Notes: generated by a model not told the origin, from the sequence alone. Shown: positions 18,605 to 29,439, numbered from the stretch's first letter. The stretch is 64,000 nucleotides of DNA from Sulfurospirillaceae bacterium (GCA_033723415.1 JAWVXD010000007.1:1-64000); one strand, 5' to 3'. Translations and numbers: made by a program.

Positions 18605-21097
18605 TTAACTTTCTGTATTAAACAACTCATTTTCAATTAAATTGTCTAACTCTTCAGGCTCTTCTTTTGGACATCTTGCAATACTAGCCACGATATCATC
18701 TCCTGATACGCTTACTACTTTAACGCCGCTTGTATTTCTTCCGGCTTTTCTAATAGTCTGCATATCAACTCTGATCATCTTACCGCTGCTACCAAGTGCC
18801 ATTAGATCTTTATTTTCATCAACTATTACGACTCCGACTAGATCTTGTGTTTTAGCTGTAAGTTTCATAGCGATAACGCCTTTTCCACCTCTTTTTTGAA
18901 GTCTGTATTCTTCTGCAGTAGTTCTCTTTCCGATACCTTTTTCACTAACAGTCAAAAGCTCTTCTTGCTCATTGAAGATGGTCACAGCACCTACGACTTC
19001 GTCACCTTTTTCTTTAAATCTGATACCTGTAACGCCTCTAGCTGTTCTTCCTAGTTCTCTTGTATCTTCAATATCAAATCTGATACACATACCTTTTTTA
19101 GTCACAATGAAAAGATTTTTTGCATCTTGAGTTGCTATTTTGGCAGTTACAAGCTGATCATCATCATCCAGTGTTATCGCTCTTACCCCGACTGATCTTA
19201 TATTTTTAAACTCAGCCAAGTTTGTTCTTTTTACCACACCGTTTTTTGTAAAGAAAGCCAATGATTTTTCATCACTGAAATCCGTTGTAGGTATTATCTC
19301 CATGATCTTCTCATCAGGCTGCAACTGGATAAGATTTACTACCGCTTTTCCTTTTGCTGTTCTGCTTCCTTCTGGAATCTTATAAACTTTCAACCAGTAA
19401 AGCTGTCCACGATCAGTCACAAACATAAGTGTATCATGAGTATTTGAGACAAAGAAGCTCTCAATAAAATCATCATCATATGTTGTTACTGCCGTTTTCC
19501 CTTTTCCGCCTCTGTTTTGTTTTTCGTAAGATTTAAGAGGAACCCGTTTAATATATCCTCTATGAGTAATTGTAACAACCATAGGCTCGTTAGAGATCAG
19601 ATCTTCTATATCTATATCATCATAATCATCTTCAATCTCTGTTATTCTTGGAGATTTGAATTTATCTTTTATCTCTTGTAACTCTTTTTTTATTAATTCA
19701 TTCAGCAGGCTTTCACTTTTAAGGATCGCGCTAAGTCTATCGATCTCTGCCTTTAGTTCAGCCAATTCATTTTCTATCTTTTCTCTCTCTAGACCAGTCA
19801 ATCTTTGTAATTTCATATCCAAGATAGCATTTGCCTGAAGCTCGCTCAGTCCAAATTGTGAAACTAGTCCATCTCTTGCATCTTTCGCGTCTGCACTTGC
19901 TTTGATCAACTTGATAACTTCATCAATATCATCAAGTGCTATCTTTAAGCCTTCTAAGATATGGGCTCTGGCTTTTGCTTTTTCAAGTTCGAAAATCGTA
20001 CGCCTGATTATAACTGTTTTTCTGTGTTTTAAGAAAAGCTGTAATAACTCAATCAATGTAAATACTTTTGGCTCTTTATTCTCAATTGCCAATAAAATTA
20101 CACCAAATGTTACTTCTAGATTTGTAGATTTATATAGATTATTAAGTACGATCTCGCTCATTGCATCTTTTTTTAACTCTATAACAACTCTTATACCGTC
20201 TCTGTCACTCTCATCTCTTATTTCACTGATGCCTTCAACTTGTTTGTCTTTGACAAGCCCTACGATCTGTTCTATAAGTCTTGATTTGTTTGTTTGATAA
20301 GGAAGTTCATCGATGATGATTATATCTCTATGCCCTTTTTTCTCTATATGAACCTTGGCTCTGATTTTAATTCTTCCTCGGCCTGTTTTATAAGCATCCA
20401 AAATACCTTTTTTACCAAAAATGATACCTTTTGTAGGGAAGTCCGGACCTTTGATAAACTGCATCACGTCTTCAAGTTCTGCTTGTGGATTGTCGATCAA
20501 CAACAATAAAGCATCTATAAGTTCATCAAGACAATGAGGAGGAATATTTGTTGCCATACCTACAGCAATCCCGCTTGAACCGTTTAATAACAGGTTTGGA
20601 ACACGACTTGGGAGGACATCAGGTTCAACCATACTGTCATCATAGTTTGCTACAAAATCAACGGTATCTTTATCTAAATCTTTTAATAACTCTTCAGATA
20701 ATGGTGTCATTCTAGCTTCGGTATAACGCATAGCGGCTGCATTGTCACCGTCAATTGACCCAAAGTTTCCCTGCCCGTCAACCGATGGAATTCTCATAGA
20801 AAACGGTTGTGCCATACGAACTAATGCATCATAAACCGCTGTATCACCGTGTGGATGGTACTTACCTATAACATCACCCACAATACGTGCTGATTTTTTA
20901 TATGGGCTACGAGATGAGATAGAAAGATCATTCATAGCATACAAGATTCTTCTATGCACAGGCTTCAATCCATCTCTTGCATCAGGAAGAGCACGACCGA
21001 TAATAACGCTCATTGAATAATCAAGATAACTCGTTTTGATAGAGTCTTCTATATTTATTTCTTGAATGTCTTGGTTCTTGTCAAAAATACTTTTCAT
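18605..21097 (-). CDS. gyrA: DNA gyrase subunit A
   Basis: [33 protein letters not shown], GyrA-box QNRGGKG. Confidence 0.99.
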   Translation of the reverse strand: MKSIFDKNQDIQEINIEDSIKTSYLDYSMSVIIGRALPDARDGLKPVHRRILYAMNDLSISSRSPYKKSARIVGDVIGKYHPHGDTAVYDALVRMAQPFSMRIPSVDGQGNFGSIDGDNAAAMRYTEARMTPLSEELLKDLDKDTVDFVANYDDSMVEPDVLPSRVPNLLLNGSSGIAVGMATNIPPHCLDELIDALLLLIDNPQAELEDVMQFIKGPDFPTKGIIFGKKGILDAYKTGRGRIKIRAKVHIEKKGHRDIIIIDELPYQTNKSRLIEQIVGLVKDKQVEGISEIRDESDRDGIRVVIELKKDAMSEIVLNNLYKSTNLEVTFGVILLAIENKEPKVFTLIELLQLFLKHRKTVIIRRTIFELEKAKARAHILEGLKIALDDIDEVIKLIKASADAKDARDGLVSQFGLSELQANAILDMKLQRLTGLEREKIENELAELKAEIDRLSAILKSESLLNELIKKELQEIKDKFKSPRITEIEDDYDDIDIEDLISNEPMVVTITHRGYIKRVPLKSYEKQNRGGKGKTAVTTYDDDFIESFFVSNTHDTLMFVTDRGQLYWLKVYKIPEGSRTAKGKAVVNLIQLQPDEKIMEIIPTTDFSDEKSLAFFTKNGVVKRTNLAEFKNIRSVGVRAITLDDDDQLVTAKIATQDAKNLFIVTKKGMCIRFDIEDTRELGRTARGVTGIRFKEKGDEVVGAVTIFNEQEELLTVSEKGIGKRTTAEEYRLQKRGGKGVIAMKLTAKTQDLVGVVIVDENKDLMALGSSGKMIRVDMQTIRKAGRNTSGVKVVSVSGDDIVASIARCPKEEPEELDNLIENELFNTES

Positions 21098-21189
21098 ACA
21101 CTGACCTCAAAATTAAATTTGTATCATTGTACTTAAAGTTTCATTTATATCAGATAAAATTAAATTAAATGGGGAAGAAAGCTAGATTG

Positions 21190-21209
21190 GAAGGCTCAAG
21201 TGAGCCTTC
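21190..21209 (-). terminator. Hairpin downstream of porin gene
   Basis: GAAGGCTCA-AG-TGAGCCTTC. Confidence 0.6.
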
Positions 21210-21227
21210 TTTCTTTGGGGAAGTTGA

Positions 21228-22409
21228 CTAAAATTTATAATTGGCTTTAAACCAAAATTCATGACCTTTAAAGTCTCCGCCGACATCTTGATAAGAAACA
21301 TCTGCCAACAAACCTTTTAGTGCACCTGTAAATTGATATTTGCTATAAATATCTGTCAGAGTTCTTTTGTCGGATGTAGTTGGATTTGCATTTAAATCTA
21401 CTGATGTATATCTGGCACCAAGCATTAAGCGATAAGCTTTAAAACGATAATTTGCATCTACTGAGTATGCTTTATTGTCTCTATCGTATGTACCTGTTTT
21501 TGCTTGATACCCTCTAGCATATGCAACTTGTGTCGCACCGCCTAAGCCGGCACCGCCGTCATTTCCTTTTACGTCTCCTGAATCTGTAACTCTAGTATAT
21601 GCTACAAAACATTTTAGAGCATCCAATCCCAAACTTAACTTGGCTCCGTATAACGTACCTGATTTTGCAGTTCCGTCCGGATCTTTATGATCGTAATTTG
21701 CTGCTAATCCATAAGAAAATGAGCCTGACTTACCTGCATATGCAACTTCGCCGTAAAATATATCGGCAAAATTTTGAAGCGTTGCATATTGTGCCGTTAA
21801 TTTTGTACCCGGAATTGATTTATTTATAGCTAAAACCGTATATGCACTGTCACCATTGCTTGTTAAATTATCAAAAGTCCCTATATTACCTAGAAGATCT
21901 GTTCTTCTTTGGTATTTAGTTACAACACCGGCGGCAAGGACTGTATTTGGGATATCTGTGTTTACAACAACAGCTCCTTCAAAAGATTGTTTTACAAATC
22001 TTGAACCGCTGCCTCCGACTAGAGGAGTTTGAATAAATTGTCTACCGACTTTTAAATTTGTTTTACCGAATGCATATTTTAGATATGCTTCTGAGAAAAC
22101 TGCTCCGGAACCATATTCATCTTTTTTAAATAGAGTTTTTGCTTTATCACTTGCAAAAGGTGCGGCACTTGATTGAGCTGTCAATCCCATACTGAAACCA
22201 TAGTAACTGCCTGTAACATAATTTAGATTTAAACCAAAATTTATGATAGAAGCACTATTGCTACCGGTGTCTCGATCAAAATACCAAGCTTTTAACGTAC
22301 CTTTTACTTTACCCTCTTTGAAGGCTCCGGCCAATGTATCGGCTGCAAATGAACTTGCAGTAATACCTGCAACCAAGATTGCCGCTAAACTTAAATGAGC
22401 TAATTTCAT
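21228..22409 (-). CDS. OprD-like/Campylobacterota outer membrane porin
   Basis: MKLAHLSLAA signal, ADTLAGAFKEGKVKG, LKVGRQFIQTPL, terminal FWFKANYKF beta-signal. Confidence 0.85.
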   Translation of the reverse strand: MKLAHLSLAAILVAGITASSFAADTLAGAFKEGKVKGTLKAWYFDRDTGSNSASIINFGLNLNYVTGSYYGFSMGLTAQSSAAPFASDKAKTLFKKDEYGSGAVFSEAYLKYAFGKTNLKVGRQFIQTPLVGGSGSRFVKQSFEGAVVVNTDIPNTVLAAGVVTKYQRRTDLLGNIGTFDNLTSNGDSAYTVLAINKSIPGTKLTAQYATLQNFADIFYGEVAYAGKSGSFSYGLAANYDHKDPDGTAKSGTLYGAKLSLGLDALKCFVAYTRVTDSGDVKGNDGGAGLGGATQVAYARGYQAKTGTYDRDNKAYSVDANYRFKAYRLMLGARYTSVDLNANPTTSDKRTLTDIYSKYQFTGALKGLLADVSYQDVGGDFKGHEFWFKANYKF

Positions 22410-22477
22410 TTTTACCCCTTATGATTTTTAAATTGTATAATTATAATATTTAATAAAAAAACTTAGCTGATTTTTTA

Positions 22478-22491
22478 TGAACAACTGTTCA
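22478..22491. promoter_or_regulatory. Palindrome TGAACA-AC-TGTTCA upstream of porin
   Basis: 6-2-6 inverted repeat ~70 bp upstream of the porin ATG. Confidence 0.4.
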
Positions 22492-22560
22492 GGTGTGTTG
22501 ATCAGTTTCATTATTTATATACGTAGCATTTTAATTATAAATAGGGGGAAAACAAGGGGA

Positions 22561-22590
22561 ATCGGAACAAATATTTAAAATTGTTCCGAT
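22561..22590 (-). terminator. Hairpin downstream of cytochrome c gene
   Basis: ATCGGAACAA-N10-TTGTTCCGAT. Confidence 0.65.
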
Positions 22591-22623
22591 TTGATATCAA
22601 TTTGCAAATTCTAGATTGTGTTC

Positions 22624-22962
22624 TTATAAGGTTTTCACATATAATGCAACATCATGAATTTGTTTATTGTTCATATGTTTAGCTTGTGCATTCATAATCA
22701 TAGCATCACTATCATGTTCAATTGCAGCCCTATAGTTTTTAAGAGCTCTTTCAATACGCTTTTCAGAATAATGTGCAATAATATCTGATTTTCCTAAAGC
22801 ATGCTTTTGAGCATGTAATCCATGACAAACAGAACATCTCTTAAATATATGAGCGCCTTCTGCCAACTCTTTTTTGTAATTCATTTTAGAAGCCGATAAA
22901 TTGCTTGCCAACAAAAGGGCTAATACTGCAACTACAGTTTTGGCTGTTAAAACTTTACTCAC
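22624..22962 (-). CDS. Monoheme cytochrome c553-like protein
   Basis: GTG 22962 after AAGGAG; signal peptide; CSVCH heme motif; distal Met region MIMNAQA. Confidence 0.88.
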   Translation of the reverse strand: MSKVLTAKTVVAVLALLLASNLSASKMNYKKELAEGAHIFKRCSVCHGLHAQKHALGKSDIIAHYSEKRIERALKNYRAAIEHDSDAMIMNAQAKHMNNKQIHDVALYVKTL

Positions 22963-23134
22963 GAAATCTCCTTCATATTTAATTTTATAATAATATATAA
23001 ACAAAATTTATAAAAGGTAAATAATTTATTAAAAAAATTTAATAAATTGTTATTATGATAATGACCTCCTCTTTTTAATATTGCTAAATTGCTGTATAAT
23101 GACAAAGTATTTTAAAAAAATTTGGAAGTTTATA

Positions 23135-23533
23135 ATGGACAATAAAAAATTGATTGTACAATCATATTATGAAGATTTATGGAATGCTAAAAATAAATCA
23201 TACATAGATATACTTATGCATGATGATATAATTTTTAGAGGAACGCTTGGTATCACCTGTAAAGGCAAAAAAGAGTTCGAAAATTACTTTGATATGATCT
23301 TAACAGCTTTACCTGATCTATATCATGGCGTCGAGCTCTTGTTATCTGAAAACAATAAAGTGGCCGCTCGTGCAATCTATCATGGTACACATCTCGGGAA
23401 ACTTTTTGATTTTGAGGCAACTAACAACAGGATAACATACAACGGGGCATCTTTTTTTACTATTAAAGATGATAAAATATCTGACATTTGGGTACTTGGA
23501 GATTTAAATTCATTGTACAAACAAATGTTATAA
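23135..23533 (+). CDS. SnoaL-like ester cyclase family protein
   Basis: NKKLIVQSYYEDLWN, ALPDL, GTHLGKLFDFEATN, KISDIWVLGD. Confidence 0.85.
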   Translation: MDNKKLIVQSYYEDLWNAKNKSYIDILMHDDIIFRGTLGITCKGKKEFENYFDMILTALPDLYHGVELLLSENNKVAARAIYHGTHLGKLFDFEATNNRITYNGASFFTIKDDKISDIWVLGDLNSLYKQML

Positions 23534-23574
23534 TTTATTTTGTATATATATTTTCGTTCTAAATTGGAGGCATT

Positions 23575-24594
23575 GTGCAAAAGATAATTTTAGGTATGAT
23601 TTTCTTATGCTCACTCTCTTTTGCACAAGATTCCTCTTCAACTACAAATAACGGTTACATAGATATAGCTCATACCGCAATATCTGAGAAAACAGAAACT
23701 ATTTCAGTCGCAATAGATGACTACATCGCAAATAAAATGGATTTTTTCTTATCACAGCCAAAGGAAGACAATGCTACAGAACCGGACAAAGTCGATGCGC
23801 TGTTTCAAAGTGAAAAATTTACAAATGAAACCAGAAAATCTTTTCTAAAATTTAGTACAAACCTCCAATACAACTCTTTGGATGCAAATAACTTTACTGA
23901 AACAGTGAGTGCGAATCTAGCACTAAATAGATCAAATCAAAGATTAAAACTTTTTGTCAATAACCTCAACTATGACAACATAAACGACACGACAAAGCAA
24001 AATGACTCAACAAGCAATGACACGGAAGTGGGACTCAGTGTCATGCAAAACATTGATAAATATATAACATCAAAATATTCTTTTGGAACCAGAGGCTTTT
24101 ACCCTTTTACAAGAGCAAGGTTTTCATACAAAAAAGAGATTAAAAACTGGCTGGTAGAGCCCGTACAGAGTTTTGAGTATTCTACGAAAGATCATTTTAG
24201 AGAATACACGATCCTCTACTTTGACAAAAGCTTGACAGATAAAGTGCTTTTTAGAGTAGAATTTCAAAGAGGTACGAGTGCCAAGATTTCCGGCATGGAT
24301 TATGATAGTGTTTTACATCTATTTTGGACACCTAGCAGCAAAGAAGGCTGGCAAATATCTCAAGGTTTTTACGGCAACACAAAATATCTCTATACACCAA
24401 GTGACGGCGTCTCCCCAAGCAGAGTATTTGCCGGAATAAATAACTATATCACCCAACTTACATACAGAAAAAATGTATTAAGACCGTGGTTTTTTGTAGA
24501 ACTTAGTCCCGGCGTAAACTTTAGCAAAGCTCATGATTTTAAAGCAAACTATAGGATCTTTGCCAAATTTGATATTATATTTGGCAAAATCTGA
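23575..24594 (+). CDS. Hypothetical exported, probable outer-membrane beta-barrel protein
   Basis: Signal peptide, aromatic-rich alternating strands, C-terminal RIFAKFDIIFG. Confidence 0.55.
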   Translation: MQKIILGMIFLCSLSFAQDSSSTTNNGYIDIAHTAISEKTETISVAIDDYIANKMDFFLSQPKEDNATEPDKVDALFQSEKFTNETRKSFLKFSTNLQYNSLDANNFTETVSANLALNRSNQRLKLFVNNLNYDNINDTTKQNDSTSNDTEVGLSVMQNIDKYITSKYSFGTRGFYPFTRARFSYKKEIKNWLVEPVQSFEYSTKDHFREYTILYFDKSLTDKVLFRVEFQRGTSAKISGMDYDSVLHLFWTPSSKEGWQISQGFYGNTKYLYTPSDGVSPSRVFAGINNYITQLTYRKNVLRPWFFVELSPGVNFSKAHDFKANYRIFAKFDIIFGKI

Positions 24595-24597
24595 TTT

Positions 24598-25089
24598 TTA
24601 TTTAGCCTCACCCATATCATAAAACTCTGCAGATTCAAGCCAATTTTGAGGGCTTTCTACAAAATCTACCAAATTTTCTAAAAGTTCAAGATGCTTTTTC
24701 TCTTCTGCCGCGATTCTCAAAAAGATCTCTTTATGTTCAGGGTCATCCATCTCATTTGCTTTGTTTATGTATAAATTATAAGCCTTTTTTTCAGACTCGC
24801 AAGCTTTTTTATATAGTGCTATTTGATCATTTCCAAAATCTAACTCTCTCCCTGAAGCTTTCATTTCGGCAAATATAGTTTTGGCATCTTTAAGAACATT
24901 CATCTTAGGTATAGTGACATCACCTTCGTGTTCAGCAAGACTTTTAAATAGTTCATAATGTTTGACTTCTTCATTCGCCAAATTTAAAAAAATATTTTTA
25001 ATACCTTTCTCGGTTGCTTTCTCGGCCAAGTCTTTGTAAAATTTTTCGCCCTCTTTCTCCATTTCCATCGCGTATTCATAAGCATTCAT
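24598..25089 (-). CDS. Rubrerythrin/ferritin-like diiron protein
   Basis: AMEMEKEGEKFY...EEVKH and SEKKAYNLY...EEKKH paired ExxH motifs. Confidence 0.88.
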   Translation of the reverse strand: MNAYEYAMEMEKEGEKFYKDLAEKATEKGIKNIFLNLANEEVKHYELFKSLAEHEGDVTIPKMNVLKDAKTIFAEMKASGRELDFGNDQIALYKKACESEKKAYNLYINKANEMDDPEHKEIFLRIAAEEKKHLELLENLVDFVESPQNWLESAEFYDMGEAK

Positions 25090-25117
25090 GTTTACTCCTA
25101 GTTAAATAGATTATCCA

Positions 25118-25146
25118 ATCTTATCATCAGAATATTTAAATGTCAA
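25118..25146 (-). promoter_or_regulatory. Sigma70 promoter of the rubrerythrin-like gene
   Basis: Minus strand TTGACA-17 nt-TAAGAT with TG extension. Confidence 0.6.
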
Positions 25147-25162
25147 TACCCCAAATCATATT

Positions 25163-25549
25163 TTAAGCAAGAGATTTTTCTCTTACTCCCAGAGCCAATA
25201 AAACCCAAGCAACTATAAATCCGGTACCGCCGATAGGAGTAATCGCTCCTATCCAAAGCAAATTTGTTATGCTAAGTATATACAAACTATATGAAAAGAG
25301 TATGATACCAAATATCATCAAATAACCTGCCCATTTAATTTTTTTACTTTGATTAAATTGTGCAACAAATGCAACTGCAAAAAGACCAAGCGCATGATAA
25401 AAGTTATACTCTACTCCTGTATGCCAAACCGCCAACATCTCTTTGGAAAGCATATGTTTTAACCCATGTGCGCCAAAAGCACCAAATGCAACTGCTGTAG
25501 CCATAAAAATAGAACCATAAAATATAAATTGTTTTGAGAGTTGATTCAT
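25163..25549 (-). CDS. DUF423 (YgdD/TMEM256) membrane protein
   Basis: GAFGAHGL, WHTGVEYNFYHAL, GAITPIGG. Confidence 0.9.
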   Translation of the reverse strand: MNQLSKQFIFYGSIFMATAVAFGAFGAHGLKHMLSKEMLAVWHTGVEYNFYHALGLFAVAFVAQFNQSKKIKWAGYLMIFGIILFSYSLYILSITNLLWIGAITPIGGTGFIVAWVLLALGVREKSLA

Positions 25550-25559
25550 CTTTCCTGCC

Positions 25560-26069
25560 TTATTTATGTTTAATTTTTTTATATCCTAGATTTCCATCCG
25601 TATCCATTTTATACGCAGCCCCGAAACCAAGAACCAAACTCTTTTCTTGAGGGATTAATCTTATGATCTTGAAATCCTTCATTTCACGCATAAAAGAGAG
25701 TTGATCACCATATCTATCATCAAAAAGATCAAAAATCTTCTCAGAATCTGATTCTAACTCACATGAAACTCCGAAATACAATCTTTTTCTTGCATATATA
25801 TGCGATGCGTTAGACTCATCTTCTATAATCATGACATGAGCTTTTTTTGTGTTTATCATATTTTGATAATGTGGTAGATTTGAACTGACACATATATAAT
25901 AATCACCTTCTAATTTTACAAAAGGAGAGTAATTAGTAAGCGGAATATTGTCTGAGCTGACGCTTGAGACGATCAGGCTATACTTGTCTTTATCAAAATT
26001 TTTAAACTCTTCTATTATTTCTTTGTCATTGTCGTTTTCCATAAATATCCTAAAACTATTTTTTGCCAT
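25560..26069 (-). CDS. Pyridoxamine 5'-phosphate oxidase-like / HugZ-HutZ heme-utilisation family protein
   Basis: NYSPFV, VMIIEDE...IYARKRL, LVLGFGAAY. Confidence 0.8.
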   Translation of the reverse strand: MAKNSFRIFMENDNDKEIIEEFKNFDKDKYSLIVSSVSSDNIPLTNYSPFVKLEGDYYICVSSNLPHYQNMINTKKAHVMIIEDESNASHIYARKRLYFGVSCELESDSEKIFDLFDDRYGDQLSFMREMKDFKIIRLIPQEKSLVLGFGAAYKMDTDGNLGYKKIKHK

Positions 26070-26142
26070 TATACATAATTTATTTCAATATTAATTTACA
26101 TTGGGTAAAATCTTTAAAATTTAATTCGGAAAGACAAATATT

Positions 26143-26760
26143 ATGAGAGAAATGTGGAATGAAAAATTCAATAGAGACGGCTTATTATACGGGGAAGAAG
26201 CAAATAATTTTATAAAAGAAAACTATACTCTCATAAAGAGAGGATCAAAAGTATTGTGCTTAGGAGAAGGCGAAGGTAGAAATGCATTATTTCTTTCGCG
26301 CAAAGGTTACGATGTCACGGCGCTAGATGCATCAGATGTAGGCTTGGATAAATTAAAAACAATGGCTTCCAAAGAAGATCTTTCAATCCATACAAAGCAT
26401 ATGCTAGTATCTCAGTGGTCTGAGAGTGAGCAATATGAGGGCATTGTCTGCACTTATATGCATCTTTTTGAAAATGAACAAAAAGATATGTTTGCAAAAG
26501 CAATAGATGCATTACATGACAAGGGATACTTTATAGCCGAATTTTTTAGCGTCTCACAGCTTGATTTTGAAAGTGGCGGTCCAAAAAACATAGCTCTCCT
26601 TTACAGATTAGACGATCTATATAAAATATTCTCAAATCTGCCTTGTAAGATACATAAACTTTCACAAGAAATAGTATACTTGCAAGAAGGCTCAGGTCAC
26701 AACGGTGAAGCCAGTGTCATAAGAGTCATATTGGAGAAAGAAATACCTCACAAAAGTTGA
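26143..26760 (+). CDS. Class I SAM-dependent methyltransferase (TehB-like)
   Basis: VLCLGEGEGRNA, ALDASDVGL, SGGPK, EGSGHNG. Confidence 0.88.
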   Translation: MREMWNEKFNRDGLLYGEEANNFIKENYTLIKRGSKVLCLGEGEGRNALFLSRKGYDVTALDASDVGLDKLKTMASKEDLSIHTKHMLVSQWSESEQYEGIVCTYMHLFENEQKDMFAKAIDALHDKGYFIAEFFSVSQLDFESGGPKNIALLYRLDDLYKIFSNLPCKIHKLSQEIVYLQEGSGHNGEASVIRVILEKEIPHKS

Positions 26761-26823
26761 TTTAATTCAACTTGTTAACATATTAGAGTTATAATTGTAT
26801 TAGGTTTTCTGAAGGAGGATTTT

Positions 26824-27630
26824 GTGATAAGTCTTCGAAAATTCACATCTTTATCTATAACTATTTCATTTATCGTGATGGTATATAGCGGTATTTTTCT
26901 ATTTATCTCTCCAAAAGGCAGAGTGGCAAATTGGACGAATTGGGAGATTTTAGGTCTCACGAAACATCAATACATTTCATTGCATATAACTTTCATGGTG
27001 CTTTTTATTGTAGGAATGCTTTTGCACTTATATTTAAACTGGTCTCCTTTGATGAGTTATCTAAAAAACAAAGAAAGAATTTTTTCACTCTTTACAAAAG
27101 AATTCGTACTTGCGCTTGGTTTAGCACTGGTCTTCATCTTTGGCACTTTATACCAAATCCCTCCATTCAAAACATTTGTTAATTTTGAAGATACGATCAA
27201 AGCCGGTTGGGAGAAAAAACAAAACGAACCTCCGATCGCTCACGCTGAACTCTTAACACTAAAAGAGTTTACTGCCAAAACCGACTTAGATTTGGACAAA
27301 TCCATTTCACTACTAAAAAAACAAGGATTTGTCGGAGTCGGAGCTGAAAAGACACTGGCATCATTAGCAGAAGAAAATAAAGTATCACCGACACATATCT
27401 ATCAAATTATTAGCAATACGCAAAATGTCAATAATAATGCCGCGCAAAAAAGAGGAATCGGACGCATGAGCTTAGAAGAAGCATGCAAAACTGAAAACCT
27501 CAACTTGGATGTATCGCTTCGTATCTTAAAAGAAAAAGGAATAAAAGCAGATAAAAATAGTCAAATGAAACAGATAGCCGACGAACTCGGCGTAACACCT
27601 GTGAATCTGTTGAAAATATTGGCTCCATAA
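26824..27630 (+). CDS. DUF4405-domain membrane protein with duplicated C-terminal helical domain
   Basis: SGIFLFISPKGRVANWTNW, LHITF...LHLYLNW (His pair typical of DUF4405). Confidence 0.75.
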   Translation: MISLRKFTSLSITISFIVMVYSGIFLFISPKGRVANWTNWEILGLTKHQYISLHITFMVLFIVGMLLHLYLNWSPLMSYLKNKERIFSLFTKEFVLALGLALVFIFGTLYQIPPFKTFVNFEDTIKAGWEKKQNEPPIAHAELLTLKEFTAKTDLDLDKSISLLKKQGFVGVGAEKTLASLAEENKVSPTHIYQIISNTQNVNNNAAQKRGIGRMSLEEACKTENLNLDVSLRILKEKGIKADKNSQMKQIADELGVTPVNLLKILAP

Positions 27631-27693
27631 AGTGTTTTTTGTCATGTAAAATGAAGCTTGGCTAAATCTCTAAAGAGAGGAAGGTATAAAAAG

Positions 27694-29439
27694 ATGATCA
27701 TGTTTGTCTATGTTATGTTTCCGATTGGTCTTTCGCTACTTGCATTTTTACAAAACAAAAAGCTCATGTACCTTTCTTCCTCCCTTTTTATGACAGTTTT
27801 GACACTGCTTTCGATCTATCTTTTTTCAAGTCATGAGATCATAGCGATACACTTAAATGAGACGATAAAAAACATCATCATTGCACTCGATGTCATTTTA
27901 CTGCTTTATTTTGCTTATATCGGAAAAAGAGAGAACAGCACAAAGATCATGCTTTTGGCCCTCCTCCAGCTTGTTTTATACCTTTACTGTGAAACGCATC
28001 TGAGTGCTTTTAACTCCTCAGATATTATCATCGATAAACTCGCTGCTTTGATGCTCATCATCATCAATTTAGTCGGCTCAAGCGTCGTGATCTATGCTTA
28101 CAAATACATAGAACATGAAAAAGCCAGCAAATACAAAAAAGTTTTTTTTATCAGTTATCTTTGGTTCTTTATCGCCGTGATGAATTTAGTCGTTATGGCA
28201 AACAATTTGCTATTGTTTTTCTTCTTTTTTGAGCTCACGACGCTATCATCGTATCTGTTGATCCGATTTAGAGAAGACGAGATCTCACTCAAAAATGCTC
28301 TCCTTGCCCTTTGGATCAATCAACTCGGCGGTGTTTTTTTACTCATCGCGATTTCAATGTCCCTGCACAGTGGATTGCCGATCTACTTTAGCGACATCAT
28401 AAGTGGTAAAAATGACATTCAGATCATGATCATCTTCTTGGCATTTGCTGCCTTTGTCAAAGGAGCGACGATCCCTTTTGAGAGTTGGTTGCTCGGTGCG
28501 ATGGTCGCTCCGACTCCAGTGAGCGCTATACTGCACTCTGCTACGATGGTAAAGATTGCACCGTTTTTGATCCTAAGACTCGCACCCTCATTTAGTGAAG
28601 CGACCTCCATCATCATCTCGATTTACGCGGCTTTTGTATTTTTTGCAGCCATACTTAAAGCGCTTGCAAAGGATAATTTTAAAGAGATATTGGCTTACTC
28701 CACGATTGCGATGTTAGCGCTCATGATCTCAATAGCGGCTATCGGAACGCCTCAATCCCAAAGTATCGTTTTGTACCTCATCTTCTTTCACGCACTCTCC
28801 AAAGCGATTCTTTTTATGTGTGCGGGGATACTTGAGAAAACGTATGCTATAAAAAGTATCGATGCATTTGAAAACCTCATCTCAAAAGCTCCAAAACTCT
28901 CGATTTTGATCCTGCTTTCTTTTGCATCTTTAGCACTCCCTCCCTTTGGATTGTTCTTTGCAAAAGTTTTTTCTATCCAGTACCTCAGCACCCTTGTGAA
29001 TGCAAACTTTGCATACATCTTCGTTTTGATATTTTTGATTCTCGGTTCCTCATTGATGGTACTGTTGTATTTTAAAGTCACGAGCTTGATCTTGGTAGCG
29101 AAAAAAAGCGATAGAGTGCATCAAGGAACGTCTTTGGAATTTCTCTTAAGTTCTTATTTTCTTTTTGCGGTCATGTTATTTGGTATCGTTATTATCATTG
29201 CACCAAATCTAAATACTATAGTTTATGCAATACTTGCATTGTTGACTCTGATCTTGTTTTTTATACTTTTGAGAAAACTCAAATTCGCAAAGATAGACCA
29301 TGCCACAGAGTATTATTGCGGAGAAAAAGACAAACAGCAGATCGGAAATTTTTATTTTGATTTTGCCGATACAAAAAAAGCTATCTATATAGTCAGTTTC
29401 TTGTTCTTGATCTCTTTGATTGCATCAGGTGTCCTATGA
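27694..29439 (+). CDS. echA: Ech hydrogenase subunit A (NuoL/MrpA-like antiporter subunit)
   Basis: WLLGAMVAPTPVSAILHSATMVK, LAYSTI, FHALSKAILF; many TM; start 27694 (TTG 27658 possible). Confidence 0.85.
   Translation: MIMFVYVMFPIGLSLLAFLQNKKLMYLSSSLFMTVLTLLSIYLFSSHEIIAIHLNETIKNIIIALDVILLLYFAYIGKRENSTKIMLLALLQLVLYLYCETHLSAFNSSDIIIDKLAALMLIIINLVGSSVVIYAYKYIEHEKASKYKKVFFISYLWFFIAVMNLVVMANNLLLFFFFFELTTLSSYLLIRFREDEISLKNALLALWINQLGGVFLLIAISMSLHSGLPIYFSDIISGKNDIQIMIIFLAFAAFVKGATIPFESWLLGAMVAPTPVSAILHSATMVKIAPFLILRLAPSFSEATSIIISIYAAFVFFAAILKALAKDNFKEILAYSTIAMLALMISIAAIGTPQSQSIVLYLIFFHALSKAILFMCAGILEKTYAIKSIDAFENLISKAPKLSILILLSFASLALPPFGLFFAKVFSIQYLSTLVNANFAYIFVLIFLILGSSLMVLLYFKVTSLILVAKKSDRVHQGTSLEFLLSSYFLFAVMLFGIVIIIAPNLNTIVYAILALLTLILFFILLRKLKFAKIDHATEYYCGEKDKQQIGNFYFDFADTKKAIYIVSFLFLISLIASGVL

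Noticed and set aside
18605..21097. gyrA quinolone-resistance change or unusual second GyrA-box (QKRGGKG)
   Set aside because: HGDTAVY has the Thr typical of wild-type Campylobacter; GyrA-box-like repeats in other CTD blades are common
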